Of a stretch of 64,000 nucleotides of DNA, positions 1-15,428 are shown one piece after another. Positions within the stretch are counted from its first letter, which is position 1; the number at the start of each line of letters is the position of its first letter. The stretch is from an uncultured virus (IMG/VR IMGVR_UViG_3300023174_000066) (taxonomy: Duplodnaviria > Heunggongvirae > Uroviricota > Caudoviricetes), in the IMG/VR virus record IMGVR_UViG_3300023174_000066; one strand, written 5' to 3'. Position numbers and translations under genes: made by a program. The notes beneath the pieces were generated by a model that saw only the letters and a program-made list of their open reading frames with translations, searched no databases and was not told where the DNA came from.

Positions 1-95
1 TTTCACTTAAGATTAGCTAACTTTTAACAAAGCTCGTTCAAAGTTCATTATAACATTTTAGATTTTATTATACAACGTATCATGTTGTACAGAAA

Positions 96-115
96 AGGCC
101 CCCCGAAGGGGCCCC
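96..115 (-). terminator. Intrinsic terminator after the leftward operon
   Basis: Minus strand reads GGGGCCCC-TTCG-GGGGGCC then TTTT. Confidence 0.7.
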
Positions 116-124
116 AATACCTGC

Positions 125-150
125 GTATAGACTTAAACTTAAGTTTATAC
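125..150. repeat. 26-bp palindrome, copy A (GTATAGACTTAA-AC-TTAAGTTTATAC); res-like or operator site
   Basis: Arms identical to the copy at 16685-16710; only the central 2 bp differ. Confidence 0.8.
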
Positions 151-633
151 GGGCCAGATATATTCGTATGTTTCAGGCCTAAATCCAGGGTCTTCTTCCC
201 ACCCAAACTGAGAGTACCACTCGTATTCCTTGCTAAGTAGGGCAGTCCGGTGGCTAGAGGCAATCTCGTCAAAGAAGGCCATGTCTCGAATCCAAGCAGG
301 GGGGTCAGAGGGGTGTGATAGGAGGTCAAGCTCTTCAGCACGAATCATTGTTGCGTGAGCCTTCTCTCCAATAGTCGAGTTAAAGCCTCGACTCTTCCAC
401 TCCTTGACCATTGCTTGGATGTAGACATACAAGGCCATCTCGTGGCCTCTCCACATCTTTACTGCTGGGTGATTCTTCCAACCTTTAGCAGGTCTAAAAT
501 TTCCCTGCGGGTCAAGCTCGAGAAGAACCATAAGGATCTGCCAGCCCTCAAGGGCGTTTTTATTTAAACGACGATTGTCTAGGTATTTAGCACACGATTC
601 AAATGATTCAGTGCTAGGCATAAATGACTGCAT
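145..633 (-). CDS. Pyrimidine dimer DNA glycosylase/endonuclease V-like protein (MSMEG_6728 family)
   Basis: MQSF..., LDNRRLNK..LE..QI, GWKNHPAVKMWRG, SHR.ALL.K..EWY, Y.WP motifs. Confidence 0.8.
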   Translation of the reverse strand: MQSFMPSTESFESCAKYLDNRRLNKNALEGWQILMVLLELDPQGNFRPAKGWKNHPAVKMWRGHEMALYVYIQAMVKEWKSRGFNSTIGEKAHATMIRAEELDLLSHPSDPPAWIRDMAFFDEIASSHRTALLSKEYEWYSQFGWEEDPGFRPETYEYIWPV

Positions 634-1236
634 TTACTCTCTTTTCTTTAGGTTAGAGCTATCGTATCCTAAAGATTCTATAAAGTCAACTAACCTAGAA
701 TTTTCTGCAATTAAAGATCTGTAAGCATGCATTCGTTTAACATTATCTCTAAGCGAAACTGCCTCTAAGTGCTCTGGATTGACACATAGTGTATTTCTAC
801 AAAGGTGGTCAATTGTCTCTCCAGGCTCTAAAGGTCTGACCAACTCTTCAAACATCACTCTATGAGCCATAACTTGACGACCCGACAAAGATATTTGAGG
901 GTATCCCCGTTTTCCTGAAACTCTGCCAGTCCAATTCCAACAGTATTCGCTTTTATCTATAGTACGTTCTAATCTATCGAGAACAGACACCTGGTTGCTG
1001 AGCTTAGTAAGTTCTTTTCCTATATGCTGCTGACGCCAGTGAGCACCGCAAAGACCTTTAGCTTGTTGGTTGTTGACGCAGTCAGTGAAAGAGCATGGTT
1101 TTTCAGACACGCTATTGCCTTTAATCACTATAGGTCTAAGCGTTTGTCCTCGCTTAATTTGACTATAGTGACCAGAGCAAACTTGTTTAGCGTAGACTAA
1201 GTTTGCGCATTTTTTATACGAACATGTTTCTGCCAT
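634..1236 (-). CDS. Free-standing HNH homing endonuclease
   Basis: CWNWTG...GYPQI...AHRVMF...IDHLCRNTLCVNPEHLEAVS..DN; two N-terminal C..C..AK..C..H repeats; start moved to the ATG 6 nt after TATAAT (1243-1248). Confidence 0.9.
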   Translation of the reverse strand: MAETCSYKKCANLVYAKQVCSGHYSQIKRGQTLRPIVIKGNSVSEKPCSFTDCVNNQQAKGLCGAHWRQQHIGKELTKLSNQVSVLDRLERTIDKSEYCWNWTGRVSGKRGYPQISLSGRQVMAHRVMFEELVRPLEPGETIDHLCRNTLCVNPEHLEAVSLRDNVKRMHAYRSLIAENSRLVDFIESLGYDSSNLKKRE

Positions 1237-1304
1237 GTCTATATTATATACCAACTACTGTAAACAGATTATATAAAACTAAAACTACAAATGCCGCACA
1301 AAAA

Positions 1305-2075
1305 CTAATTAGATGTCAAGCTAAATTCTGGACGGCGTCGATACCACTCTTCAGGGAACTTTCGATCCATAATCCACTGAGGGTAGTTGGCTTGCTCAAG
1401 CTCAATCTCTGTATAGATATCTCCAGCAAGGTCATGTCCAAAAACCCAGCAGTGCTCAAGTGCTTCGTCCACATACTCTGTGACGAGCTCTTGGTGAGCA
1501 AATCCACGAACCTTACGAATAAGGTACTGAAGATCTCCCATAGAAGTTAAGTGCCATCCCCCAAATACCTGGGGCATTTGGTTTCTTTGCCAACGAACCT
1601 TATCCAAGTCTCTTCCTGCAACATCCCCATAACGAGCGACCACAGCAGTCAACTCGTTCTTGTGGTACCAGTGGAGGCTCATGTGGTACTTAGGCATAAT
1701 CAGCCCGACTGGTTCAGTGATGTCTTTGATCTTGTCAAAGTCCACCCACTCATCTGTGTCGCAGATTAGAACTAGGTCTTCAATCGAAGGATTAAGACTT
1801 GCCAGTACGCCACTCAGCTGAGCACGCTGGTAGTAGTCGTTGTCCCAAGCATTGGCAGACTTCTGTGACTGAACCTTGTGATAGACAATCTTGTCTTCGA
1901 AGTCTTTAAAGCGTTCTCGGTTTTCTTCAAAGTAGAAAGGCTTTGGTTGGTTGGCGTACATGTGGTCGCCCTCAACAATTACAAAATTATCGACAACGTC
2001 AACGTATGTATTAAGCCGACCCTCGAGCATGTCGAGTTCTCCACCAAATGTGATGCAGTCATAGACCTTAGTCAT
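1305..2075 (-). CDS. Glycosyltransferase family 17-like (GlcNAc transferase)
   Basis: VYDCITFGGELDMLE.R, VD.FVIVE, KPFYF, QR, DTDE, GGWHLTS...K...FAHQE. Confidence 0.85.
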   Translation of the reverse strand: MTKVYDCITFGGELDMLEGRLNTYVDVVDNFVIVEGDHMYANQPKPFYFEENRERFKDFEDKIVYHKVQSQKSANAWDNDYYQRAQLSGVLASLNPSIEDLVLICDTDEWVDFDKIKDITEPVGLIMPKYHMSLHWYHKNELTAVVARYGDVAGRDLDKVRWQRNQMPQVFGGWHLTSMGDLQYLIRKVRGFAHQELVTEYVDEALEHCWVFGHDLAGDIYTEIELEQANYPQWIMDRKFPEEWYRRRPEFSLTSN

Positions 2076-2403
2076 TTTTAGTCTCTTCTTCTTTCTTAGC
2101 TTTTATCTTCTGTTTATATTCTACAGCCAGATTGCCAACAGTTTGATTTTTATAGTGCACAGTTTTGACCATGTCTGGACGGAAGCTTCTCCAAGTCTCC
2201 CCACCCTTTGGCCCACCCCACACATCAATCCACTCAGCCCCAGCCGGCGTCACAACATGCTTGATAAATCTAAATCTTCCACGCACACCTTTAATCTTTA
2301 GCTCCGTTCCAGGGGAGACGTTCCTGCCATTGATTTGCATATGGGTAGTGACAACCCAATCGTCATCTAAACGGGGTGTGTTGATTTTTCTACGTCTTAC
2401 CAT
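2068..2403 (-). CDS. Hypothetical protein (leaderless)
   Basis: 111-aa ORF; TGCTATACT -10 box 6 nt before the ATG; overlaps the next gene. Confidence 0.75.
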   Translation of the reverse strand: MVRRRKINTPRLDDDWVVTTHMQINGRNVSPGTELKIKGVRGRFRFIKHVVTPAGAEWIDVWGGPKGGETWRSFRPDMVKTVHYKNQTVGNLAVEYKQKIKAKKEEETKND

Positions 2404-2419
2404 GCTAGGAGTATAGCAC

Positions 2420-2562
2420 GAAACCCCCTAGGCACTCTTTCGAGCTTGTTCCTAGGGGGTCCGGCACTGCGGGATTCCGTGCACAGAATCCTGCTATAAG
2501 CTCGTAGCCATTACAACTACGGCGACGCTATCGAGCGCCAGCATGGACGGGTAAGTGCCATG
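2420..2562 (-). ncRNA. Candidate structured ncRNA or attenuator
   Basis: TGtTACAAT promoter (2571-2579); GGCACU/AGUGCC closing stem (2559-2554 with 2468-2463), internal hairpins, and a 10-bp terminal stem ACCCCCTAGG/CCTAGGGGGT followed by TT. Confidence 0.55.
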
Positions 2563-2580
2563 TTAGATATATTGTAACAC

Positions 2581-2606
2581 AAAACCCCCGCCGAAGCGAG
2601 GGTTTT
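2581..2606 (-). terminator. Intrinsic terminator
   Basis: AAAACCCTCGC-TTCG-GCGGGGGTTTT. Confidence 0.8.
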
Positions 2607-2773
2607 GAGTTTGAAAGTCGTGCTCACCGTTTTCCGGCTATCCACTTCCCCGTACCTACTTGAAGCTTCACTCACAGTCTCAGCTGAACTCTGCACTGAT
2701 ATCGCTCTGCCCCGATAGGCACCTACATAAATATAAGTAATAACTCCCAAGTGTTCAGTCTTGTTTGTCACTA
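2607..2773 (-). ncRNA. Candidate ~170-nt ncRNA between a -10 box and a terminator
   Basis: TACTAT at 2780-2785; stems CUGAAC/GUUCAG and UACUUAUAU/AUGUAGGUG (G-U pairs favour the minus strand); ends at the UUCG terminator. Confidence 0.4.
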
Positions 2774-2796
2774 CTAGTAATAGTACACCATTCTAG

Positions 2797-3327
2797 TTAA
2801 AAATCCAAATCGTTGTAGCGATTTAGTATTTCTTTAGCCCAACTAACTAGATCCTCAACTCGTTGACCAGATGGTTGGCTTGATACCCATATCTCTAGAT
2901 TCTCCAGCCTATTATCATCTCTTATACCATTCTTATGGTGAACATTTTCTCCAGGGAGAAGTTGTCTTCCAAGGTACTGCTCCACCACAAAACGATGCTG
3001 TAGCTGACTCTCTCTTATTCTATTAATCGTTTTTGTTCTCATTAGATAGCCACTACCATTTATATACCAGTCTCCCCACTCCCCAGGATTATTATATTTT
3101 AATGGTCGTAGTTCTCCAAACTTTTTCATTTGGTAGTTGTGACCAGAACAAAGATTATTTCCCTTGTGTGGCTTGGGACAACCATCGAAGGTGCAAGTTT
3201 TAAGTCTCGCACCCTCTCTTGGTCGTAACGTACGAAGTTCTTCTCCCCGAAGACTCATTTTATAGTGAGATTGGCAAAGATTTTTTGCGTACGACTTCCT
3301 TGAGCACTTGTCAAATGAACAATTCAT
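2797..3327 (-). CDS. Free-standing HNH homing endonuclease
   Basis: GY...QHRFVVEQYLGRQLLPGENVHHKNGIRDDNRLENLEIW; two N-terminal C.F..C...LC..H repeats; leaderless promoter at 3334-3342. Confidence 0.92.
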   Translation of the reverse strand: MNCSFDKCSRKSYAKNLCQSHYKMSLRGEELRTLRPREGARLKTCTFDGCPKPHKGNNLCSGHNYQMKKFGELRPLKYNNPGEWGDWYINGSGYLMRTKTINRIRESQLQHRFVVEQYLGRQLLPGENVHHKNGIRDDNRLENLEIWVSSQPSGQRVEDLVSWAKEILNRYNDLDF

Positions 3328-3357
3328 CTAGACAGTATAGCATATTTATGTAATAGG

Positions 3358-5060
<1,703 letters not shown>

Positions 5061-5066
5061 AATCTG

Positions 5067-5075
5067 ATTATAGCA
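5067..5075 (-). promoter_or_regulatory. Extended -10 promoter (TGCTATAAT) overlapping the nrdE stop; drives the leaderless GIY-YIG gene
   Basis: TGcTATAAT + 6 nt + ATG. Confidence 0.7.
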
Positions 5076-7185
5076 TACAAGACACGCAGTTATCTGCTGT
5101 TGTTCCGTCAAGTGCCATCTGGCGGATACGAATGTAGTAGATAGTTTTGATGCCTTTTTTCCATGCGTAAATCTGAGCACGGTTGACATCGCGAGTAGTT
5201 GCTGTGTCTTTAAAGAACAGTGTCAAAGACAGCCCCTGATCTACGTGCTGAGTTGCAGCGGCATAGATATTGATAATCGCATCAGGACCAATTTCATAAG
5301 CGTCCTGGAAATACTCACGGTTGTCGTTTGTAAGGTAAGGAGCAGGGTAGTAAACACGGCCAAGCTTTCCTTCCTTGCGAATCTCAATCTGCGATGCGAT
5401 TGGGTGGATCGACGAGGTTGAGTTGTTGATGTACGAAATGGAACCAGTTGGTGGAACAGCCTGAAGGTTCTGGTTGTAAATTCCGTGCTCACGGACAGAG
5501 CGAGCTAGCTCTACCCAGTCTGCCTCAGTCGGAATTTTAATTCCAGCCTCTTTAAAAATTTCCGACACACGAAATGTTTTTGGCACCCATGTGTGTCCAA
5601 CATACTTATCAAAAAATTTTCCACTAGCGTAGTCAGATTTTTCAAAACCAGCAAACGTTTCTTTCTTTTCAATAGCCAGCTTGTTTGAAGCAGAAAGAGT
5701 GTGGAATAAGACCGTGTAAAAATACATGTTAGTAAAATCTACGGCTTCTTCAGAGTCGTAATGCACTCTTTCACGACCAAGATATCCGTGAAGGTTCATC
5801 TGACCAAGACCGATTGCGTGCGACCGCTTGTTGCCTTCCGCAATAGACATAACCGACTCGATGTAGCTAAGGTCGGATACAGAAGTCAGTGCGCGAACAG
5901 CCGCTTCAACAGTCTTAGCAATGTCTCCACCATCCATAACCTTTGCAATGTTAAGTGACCCAAGGTTGCAGGAGATATCGTTCCCGATCTCGTTGTAGCT
6001 AAGGTCTGCATTGTATGTAGTTGGTGTGTTGACCTGAAGAATCTCAGAGCAGAGGTTAGACATATTAATACGACCCTCAATTGGGTTGGCCGCATTGACC
6101 GTGTCTTCGTACATGACGTACGGATAACCTGACTCAAACTGAAGTTCAGCAATACGCTCAAACAAAATACGAGCTTTGATTTTATATTTACGAATTTCAG
6201 GGTTGTCTACCATCTCCTGATATTTTTCAGTAACAGAGATGTCTCCAAATGGAATTCCATAGATACGCTCTACGTCATAAGGAGAGAACAAGTACATGTC
6301 CTCGTTATTCTTAGCGAGCTCAAGTGTTACGTCAGGTACGACGACACCAATGCTAAGAGTCTTAATACGAATTTTCTCATCAGCATTTTCTTTTTTGGTG
6401 TCGAGGAACTTCATGATGTCGGGGTGGTGTGCATTGAGGTACACCGCACCTGCACCTTGGCGAGCGCCAAGTTGGTTTGCATAAGAGAAAGCATCTTCAA
6501 GAAGCTTCATCACGGGGATGACACCAGAAGACTGGTTCTCAATTTTTTTAATCGGGGCACCGTGCTCGCGGAGATTGCTGAGGCTCAAAGCCACTCCTCC
6601 ACCACGCTTTGACAATTGAAGTGCCGAGTTGATACCGCGAGAAATTGACTCCATGTTGTCTTCGATTCGAAGCAAGAAGCACGAGACAAACTCACCGCGT
6701 TGCTTTTTACCTGCGTTTAAGAATGTTGGAGTTGCAGGCTGGAATCTTCCCGTAATAATTTCATCAATTAGGTTAAGTACCTGAACTTTGTCCCCCTGAG
6801 CAAGAACAAGAGCGTTCATAACAACGCGGTCTTCAAATCTTTCTAGATATCTCTCACCGTCAAAAGTTTTTAGTGCGTACGATGTGTAGAACTTGTATGC
6901 ACCGAGGAACGCGTCAAATCTAAACTTGTATGCGTAGGCATGCTTAAATGCTTCTTTAACAAACTCTGGATCATACTGGTCAAGAACTTCTTGCTCGTAA
7001 TAATCGTTGTCTACCAAGTACCCGAGCTTTTCTTCAATAGAGTGGAAGAAGACCGTGTTCTGATTTACATGATCAAGAAAGTAAGCACGTGCTGCTTCTT
7101 TATCTTTATCGAATTGAATTTTGCCGTTCTCATCGTAAAGATTGAGCATTGCGTTTAGTTCATGGTAGCTATTTTTTTGCTCCAT
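5068..7185 (-). CDS. nrdE: Class Ib ribonucleotide reductase alpha subunit
   Basis: [37 protein letters not shown]-terminal CVSCML. Confidence 0.98.
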   Translation of the reverse strand: MEQKNSYHELNAMLNLYDENGKIQFDKDKEAARAYFLDHVNQNTVFFHSIEEKLGYLVDNDYYEQEVLDQYDPEFVKEAFKHAYAYKFRFDAFLGAYKFYTSYALKTFDGERYLERFEDRVVMNALVLAQGDKVQVLNLIDEIITGRFQPATPTFLNAGKKQRGEFVSCFLLRIEDNMESISRGINSALQLSKRGGGVALSLSNLREHGAPIKKIENQSSGVIPVMKLLEDAFSYANQLGARQGAGAVYLNAHHPDIMKFLDTKKENADEKIRIKTLSIGVVVPDVTLELAKNNEDMYLFSPYDVERIYGIPFGDISVTEKYQEMVDNPEIRKYKIKARILFERIAELQFESGYPYVMYEDTVNAANPIEGRINMSNLCSEILQVNTPTTYNADLSYNEIGNDISCNLGSLNIAKVMDGGDIAKTVEAAVRALTSVSDLSYIESVMSIAEGNKRSHAIGLGQMNLHGYLGRERVHYDSEEAVDFTNMYFYTVLFHTLSASNKLAIEKKETFAGFEKSDYASGKFFDKYVGHTWVPKTFRVSEIFKEAGIKIPTEADWVELARSVREHGIYNQNLQAVPPTGSISYINNSTSSIHPIASQIEIRKEGKLGRVYYPAPYLTNDNREYFQDAYEIGPDAIINIYAAATQHVDQGLSLTLFFKDTATTRDVNRAQIYAWKKGIKTIYYIRIRQMALDGTTADNCVSCML

Positions 7186-7571
7186 AGTTGTTGGATCCTC
7201 TCAGTTACTTGTTCAACATCGTCTTGTGTCCCCAATATTTCCACTCTATGTAGAATCGGGATTTTTAGCTTATCAGAAATAATCTCTGCGGCAAGACAGT
7301 AGTGCTCACCGAAGTTAGTATTTCCTGTCCCAATAACAGCAACAGCATTGTCTCTGTTCTCAGGAATATTTAAAAATTTAATTACAGAAAGTGGCACCGC
7401 ATAGGTCCCTCTACCTGCTCCATACGTCGGGAGAATCAAAACGTATTCTTTGTCAACTAAAAGAGGGCTATCCGCATCCCATTTAACTGGAATTTGGGTG
7501 GCCTTTATCCCTAGCTTTTCTACGAATCGCTTTGTGTTGCCCGAGTAGTTGGAGAAATATACAATCTCCAA
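7155..7571 (-). CDS. nrdI: NrdI flavodoxin
   Basis: [34 protein letters not shown]. Confidence 0.95.
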   Translation of the reverse strand: MEIVYFSNYSGNTKRFVEKLGIKATQIPVKWDADSPLLVDKEYVLILPTYGAGRGTYAVPLSVIKFLNIPENRDNAVAVIGTGNTNFGEHYCLAAEIISDKLKIPILHRVEILGTQDDVEQVTERIQQLWSKKIATMN

Positions 7572-7577
7572 CTAAAC

Positions 7578-7802
7578 TCACGCAGCCAGAGAGGAGATCA
7601 TGTCTGGACGGAATCCAGACCAGTGCTTGTCACCAGCAATAACAACCGGTGCTGATGCATAGCCGAGAGACTTAACATATGCCATTGCCTCATTGTCTTC
7701 CGTTAAATCAACGGTACTAAACTCAATTTCGTTTTTGTTTAGTAATTTTTTGGTGCTTTCGCACTGAACGCATGATGGTGTTGTGTAGACCGTAACAGTC
7801 AT
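7578..7802 (-). CDS. nrdH: NrdH-redoxin
   Basis: CVQC, APVV...HWSGFRPD. Confidence 0.96.
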   Translation of the reverse strand: MTVTVYTTPSCVQCESTKKLLNKNEIEFSTVDLTEDNEAMAYVKSLGYASAPVVIAGDKHWSGFRPDMISSLAA

Positions 7803-7875
7803 TTTGAGCCTCCCGGGAAAGATAAAGTAGATATGAAGAGATTACCAGTATACGGCTTTTAAGTCAAATCTATTG

Positions 7876-8206
7876 TGGACCTGGGGGTAATCGAAACCCC
7901 GTCCAACTGTGTTCATTCTGGTCTTCTACAAGCTTAGGCAAGTTAAAAAGTGTCCCTGACCGCATGTTTTGCCAGAACGGTCAGGTAATCCAAAGAGCTG
8001 TCTTTGAAAAACCGCCCCCATCTTTTCTAACTTTGACTAATCCGAAGGGGGATAAATTTAGTCAAAGTGCTTTAACAGTTTTTAGGCCGCGAGAGCGAAG
8101 GCGCTTTTAGCGTTTGCTTTTATTTTTGTGCGACACTTTTAAGAATGCACCGCAGTTTCTGCTTGCTTCATCAGACTTAAGACAGCTGTCGAATCCTGTC
8201 AGGCCC
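7876..8206 (-). ncRNA. ssrA: tmRNA with tag peptide ANAKSAFALAA
   Basis: 5' GGGCCTGACAGGATTCGAC; acceptor stem GGGCCUG/CAGGUCC with G3-U70; T-arm GGGGT-TTCGATT-ACCCC; tag ORF at 8117-8082; 3' CCA not encoded. Confidence 0.95.
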
Positions 8207-8213
8207 TTGATAT

Positions 8214-8348
8214 TTAGTTCTCTACTACTACAAGGCGTCGCTTCTCAAGATCAAACTTCTTGGGGCGCTTCTTGTTCGCCTTGCCGTTCTGTCGATCCGA
8301 GTTGCTGCCTTTGGCGGGCTTCTGTCCGCCACCTTTTCTTTTTGCCAT
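8214..8348 (-). CDS. Small basic protein (44 aa, MAKRKGGGQKPAKGSNSDRQNGKANKKRPKKFDLEKRRLVVVEN)
   Basis: Not in the ORF track; TGaTATGCT + 6 nt + ATG; stop is 7 nt before the tmRNA 5' end. Confidence 0.7.
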   Translation of the reverse strand: MAKRKGGGQKPAKGSNSDRQNGKANKKRPKKFDLEKRRLVVVEN

Positions 8349-8384
8349 GTCTAAAGCATATCACAAAAAATAATAAATAGTAAG

Positions 8385-8412
8385 TTGACAAAAAAGTTAT
8401 TAGTGCTATCAT
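8385..8412 (+). promoter_or_regulatory. SigA-type promoter for the leaderless gene at 8419
   Basis: TTGACA-16 nt-TATCAT with extended TG; 6 nt to the ATG. Confidence 0.7.
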
Positions 8413-8418
8413 AAAACT

Positions 8419-8904
8419 ATGAAAGACGAACTGACACAAGAGTATGCAGCACACATTGCACCGCATCTCGAACTTGCGAAAAAGGCTTATGGCTCAAGGG
8501 CCACTAAGTCTCCACAACACGATGCATCTCGTGAATACACGAGGCTTCTTGTTGAGTTCTACTCTAAGGGTGGAAGTCTACTGCAGCTTGCAAAAGAGCT
8601 GGACGTTACCTACGCGGGAATTAGACGTAGAGTTTTGACTGCAGAAATTCCAGCAAAAGGTAAAGGAACCAATAGCAAATCAACAGAAGCAGAAATCTCT
8701 GACGCTGCATACAGGATCCAATTTGCACGAGGATTTGCAAACACGGAAGGCGACTCTACTGGTTACCACGAAATCGTTCTTCACATTTATGAGACTGAAA
8801 AAGTCTCTTTAAACAAGATTGCAAAAGTCTTAGGAATGAGCTCGGCTAACCCGCTCTACTACGCGGTATCAAAAGCAAGAATAAGACGAGAGCAAATACT
8901 GTAA
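8419..8904 (+). CDS. Putative DNA-binding protein with two HTH-like repeats
   Basis: SLLQLAKELDVTYAGIRRRV and SLNKIAKVLGMSSANPLYYAV. Confidence 0.65.
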   Translation: MKDELTQEYAAHIAPHLELAKKAYGSRATKSPQHDASREYTRLLVEFYSKGGSLLQLAKELDVTYAGIRRRVLTAEIPAKGKGTNSKSTEAEISDAAYRIQFARGFANTEGDSTGYHEIVLHIYETEKVSLNKIAKVLGMSSANPLYYAVSKARIRREQIL

Positions 8905-8940
8905 AAAGAAAACCCCCTCAAACGAGGGGGTCTTCTTTTT
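8905..8940. terminator. Bidirectional terminator between convergent genes
   Basis: A-tract, ACCCCCTC-AAAC-GAGGGGGT, T-tract. Confidence 0.8.
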
Positions 8941-8945
8941 ATTTT

Positions 8946-9209
8946 TTAGTAGTCAGAGCTTTTTTGCTTTGACAAAGCAGCTTCAGCAGACGAAGCAAAG
9001 GCAATGTCGATCTCGTCATTGTCGAGAACGCCGTCAACAACGTATGCACGTGCAAGCGACTCGGCAACTTCCATGACGCCGACAAACGCGGCAACTAATG
9101 CAGACTGCCAAAGTTCGACACCTGCGATTGAACCAGCAGCAAGAACACCGCTGACTTTGAGGATAACAAGCGCGATAGTACGCTTGAAGATCTTCTTTGT
9201 GATTTCCAT
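8946..9209 (-). CDS. Small membrane protein (holin-like)
   Basis: Two hydrophobic helices followed by a DG.LD..EI acidic tail; GGGAG RBS. Confidence 0.6.
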   Translation of the reverse strand: MEITKKIFKRTIALVILKVSGVLAAGSIAGVELWQSALVAAFVGVMEVAESLARAYVVDGVLDNDEIDIAFASSAEAALSKQKSSDY

Positions 9210-9273
9210 GTAATCTCCCTAGGGTAGAGGTTTAGAGCCCTCTCCCAGGCGTACATATATATTCTACCGCAAA

Positions 9274-9585
9274 TTAAACATGTCGTCTTGACGGGATACC
9301 AAGATGAACATTCTCACCACGGCGCAGACGTCGACGTTGTCTCTCATTAGACATGCCCCAAATTCCGCCTATGCCTGGATTGTCTAGTGCATACTTAAGA
9401 CAACGCTCCTGGTATGGGCAGGTAGAGCAAATAGTCTTTGCTTCAATCTCATATGTATAGACAATTCTATTTAGCATGTTTCCCTCAACTGGTTCATCGC
9501 AGAAAAAAGCGTCAGGGTTTGATTCAGCGCAGGGGGGAGTTCCAAATTCTGTAAAGTCTGGGAAATCGGAAGAGAATAGTTCCAT
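9274..9585 (-). CDS. whiB: WhiB-family transcription factor
   Basis: C...PDAFF...AKTICSTCP...CLKYAL....GIWGMSNERQRR. Confidence 0.9.
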   Translation of the reverse strand: MELFSSDFPDFTEFGTPPCAESNPDAFFCDEPVEGNMLNRIVYTYEIEAKTICSTCPYQERCLKYALDNPGIGGIWGMSNERQRRRLRRGENVHLGIPSRRHV

Positions 9586-9622
9586 GTGTCATTTTTCTTT
9601 CTGTAGTTAGCCTTGAGTCTTG

Positions 9623-9781
9623 CTAAAACCCAACACCATTGTAAATAATTGTTGGTGGGTTATAAATACGCTTGAGTGGGGTTTTACACTTAGGGCATTC
9701 AATCTGCTTTTGATCCTCAGCAATGCCCCGCTCTTCAGTGTAGATGTGTTTTTTCTCACAAATGTATTCGTATGTTGGCAT
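9623..9781 (-). CDS. FmdB-like zinc-ribbon small protein (52 aa)
   Basis: Not in the ORF track; MPTYEYICEKKH...CPKCKTPLKRIYNPPTIIYNGVGF; GAGGA RBS. Confidence 0.8.
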   Translation of the reverse strand: MPTYEYICEKKHIYTEERGIAEDQKQIECPKCKTPLKRIYNPPTIIYNGVGF

Positions 9782-9812
9782 GTCCTCAGTCTATCCTCTC
9801 GTTAGTGTTATG

Positions 9813-10040
9813 TCAAATTGACAAATAGAGTGCGTCAAGAATATCTTTACACTCTTTGCAGACCGGATACTTTTCCGGGTCTCGGTGAGGTATAAATATG
9901 TAACCACACAGGGCCATAATTGCTGTCCCATTTACATATGCCTCAGTTATAAGGGCTGCTTCCGCAACATGCGTAAAAACATTCTCTCCGTCTGAGTCAA
10001 TCGTGACGGGTGCTTCCTGTATATCCAGTTCAGCAATCAT
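9813..10040 (-). CDS. DUF3039-family actinobacterial protein
   Basis: ITEAYVNGT...ALCG..FIP.RDPEKYPVCKECKDI. Confidence 0.85.
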   Translation of the reverse strand: MIAELDIQEAPVTIDSDGENVFTHVAEAALITEAYVNGTAIMALCGYIFIPHRDPEKYPVCKECKDILDALYLSI

Positions 10041-10959
10041 CTAAAATCTCCATAACTTTATCTAATTTGATTTTACCAAAGTATGAGACTAGGTCTTTCA
10101 TACCAAATGAAACATACACCATGTCGCCCACAACCACAAGCCCAGAAGCAAACTCAATCCCTGGACCTTTAAAATGAAAGCCGCGAGACATTCCAATAAT
10201 TTCCCCAAAGTCGCTATACCTAACAAAAAAATGTACGTAATCTCTAGTAGAGGTTTTCATAGTTCCAAAAGTGTTGGGATTGTATGCATAGATCTTATCG
10301 ACATAGCATTTGTGCATTAAAGATAAATAAGTTCCGTCCTCTAGTTTGTAGAGATTTGAGCTTCCCCTAAAACCTTTATATCTAGTATCTTTTGAAAAAC
10401 TTTTTATTTCGCCGTTTTTGTATATTTTATTTGCGCCGTACACAAAATCAAAATTTATATTCTCGTCAAAAGAAGACATCCAATTTTTCTCTGTTTTTTC
10501 CGCATTAGGGGAGTCCCAAAGTTTAATTAAATATGCATCTGACCCATCTAACCAAAAAGAAGCCACCTTCGGCACTGGACACTCGTCTTCTTTAATTACA
10601 GCGGTAAATTCCCACCGATTGTTTCTCCAATATATTTTCGGATCTTCCGGTCCACGAACCAAAGCATAATCAAAACCATGATATGTAATAGGAATAAAAT
10701 CAACTATGTTCAGATCTTTATCAAGTTTAGAAAAATAAGTTCTATTTTTTATAGTATTCTCTGTCAACAACTCAACTCTGTTCCCGCTATTTGTATACCA
10801 ATAATTAGAAGACCTAAACATAGCAACAAAACCTTGAGTTTCTTGGTATCCAATAGATGGATTGAAGCAAGACCACTCATGAACCTGGGGGTCAGCAAAT
10901 CGCCTAACTCTCCAAGTGTCCCCACCAAGATTGTCAAAAGTAGGTAAATTATTAACCAT
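10030..10959 (-). CDS. Beta-propeller glycosidase/phosphorylase-like protein
   Basis: FNPSI, GPEDPKI, EKNWM, RGSS, Y.H.F, IEFASGL, VSFG..D. Confidence 0.65.
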   Translation of the reverse strand: MVNNLPTFDNLGGDTWRVRRFADPQVHEWSCFNPSIGYQETQGFVAMFRSSNYWYTNSGNRVELLTENTIKNRTYFSKLDKDLNIVDFIPITYHGFDYALVRGPEDPKIYWRNNRWEFTAVIKEDECPVPKVASFWLDGSDAYLIKLWDSPNAEKTEKNWMSSFDENINFDFVYGANKIYKNGEIKSFSKDTRYKGFRGSSNLYKLEDGTYLSLMHKCYVDKIYAYNPNTFGTMKTSTRDYVHFFVRYSDFGEIIGMSRGFHFKGPGIEFASGLVVVGDMVYVSFGMKDLVSYFGKIKLDKVMEILDDC

Positions 10960-11049
10960 AGATATCAATTCTAAAGCACTTTCAAAAGTTGATAACTCGC
11001 TTATGCGGTAAAATAATAGAAGGCCTATCTCCCTCTTTTAAGGACTCTC

Positions 11050-15416
<4,367 letters not shown>

Positions 15417-15428
15417 GAGTAAGAGCCT

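Noticed and set aside
2517..2771. 84-aa ORF
   Set aside because: It crosses a strong terminator and a promoter and has no motifs; an RNA-level explanation is preferred, though not proven.
7870..7905. Stand-alone tRNA or attachment site
   Set aside because: It is the 3' tRNA-like end of the tmRNA; no separate tRNA genes were recognised by eye.
9607..9630. Possible frameshift or readthrough at the end of the FmdB-like gene
   Set aside because: The TAG after GF gives a plausible complete protein; a one-base indel cannot be judged without reads.
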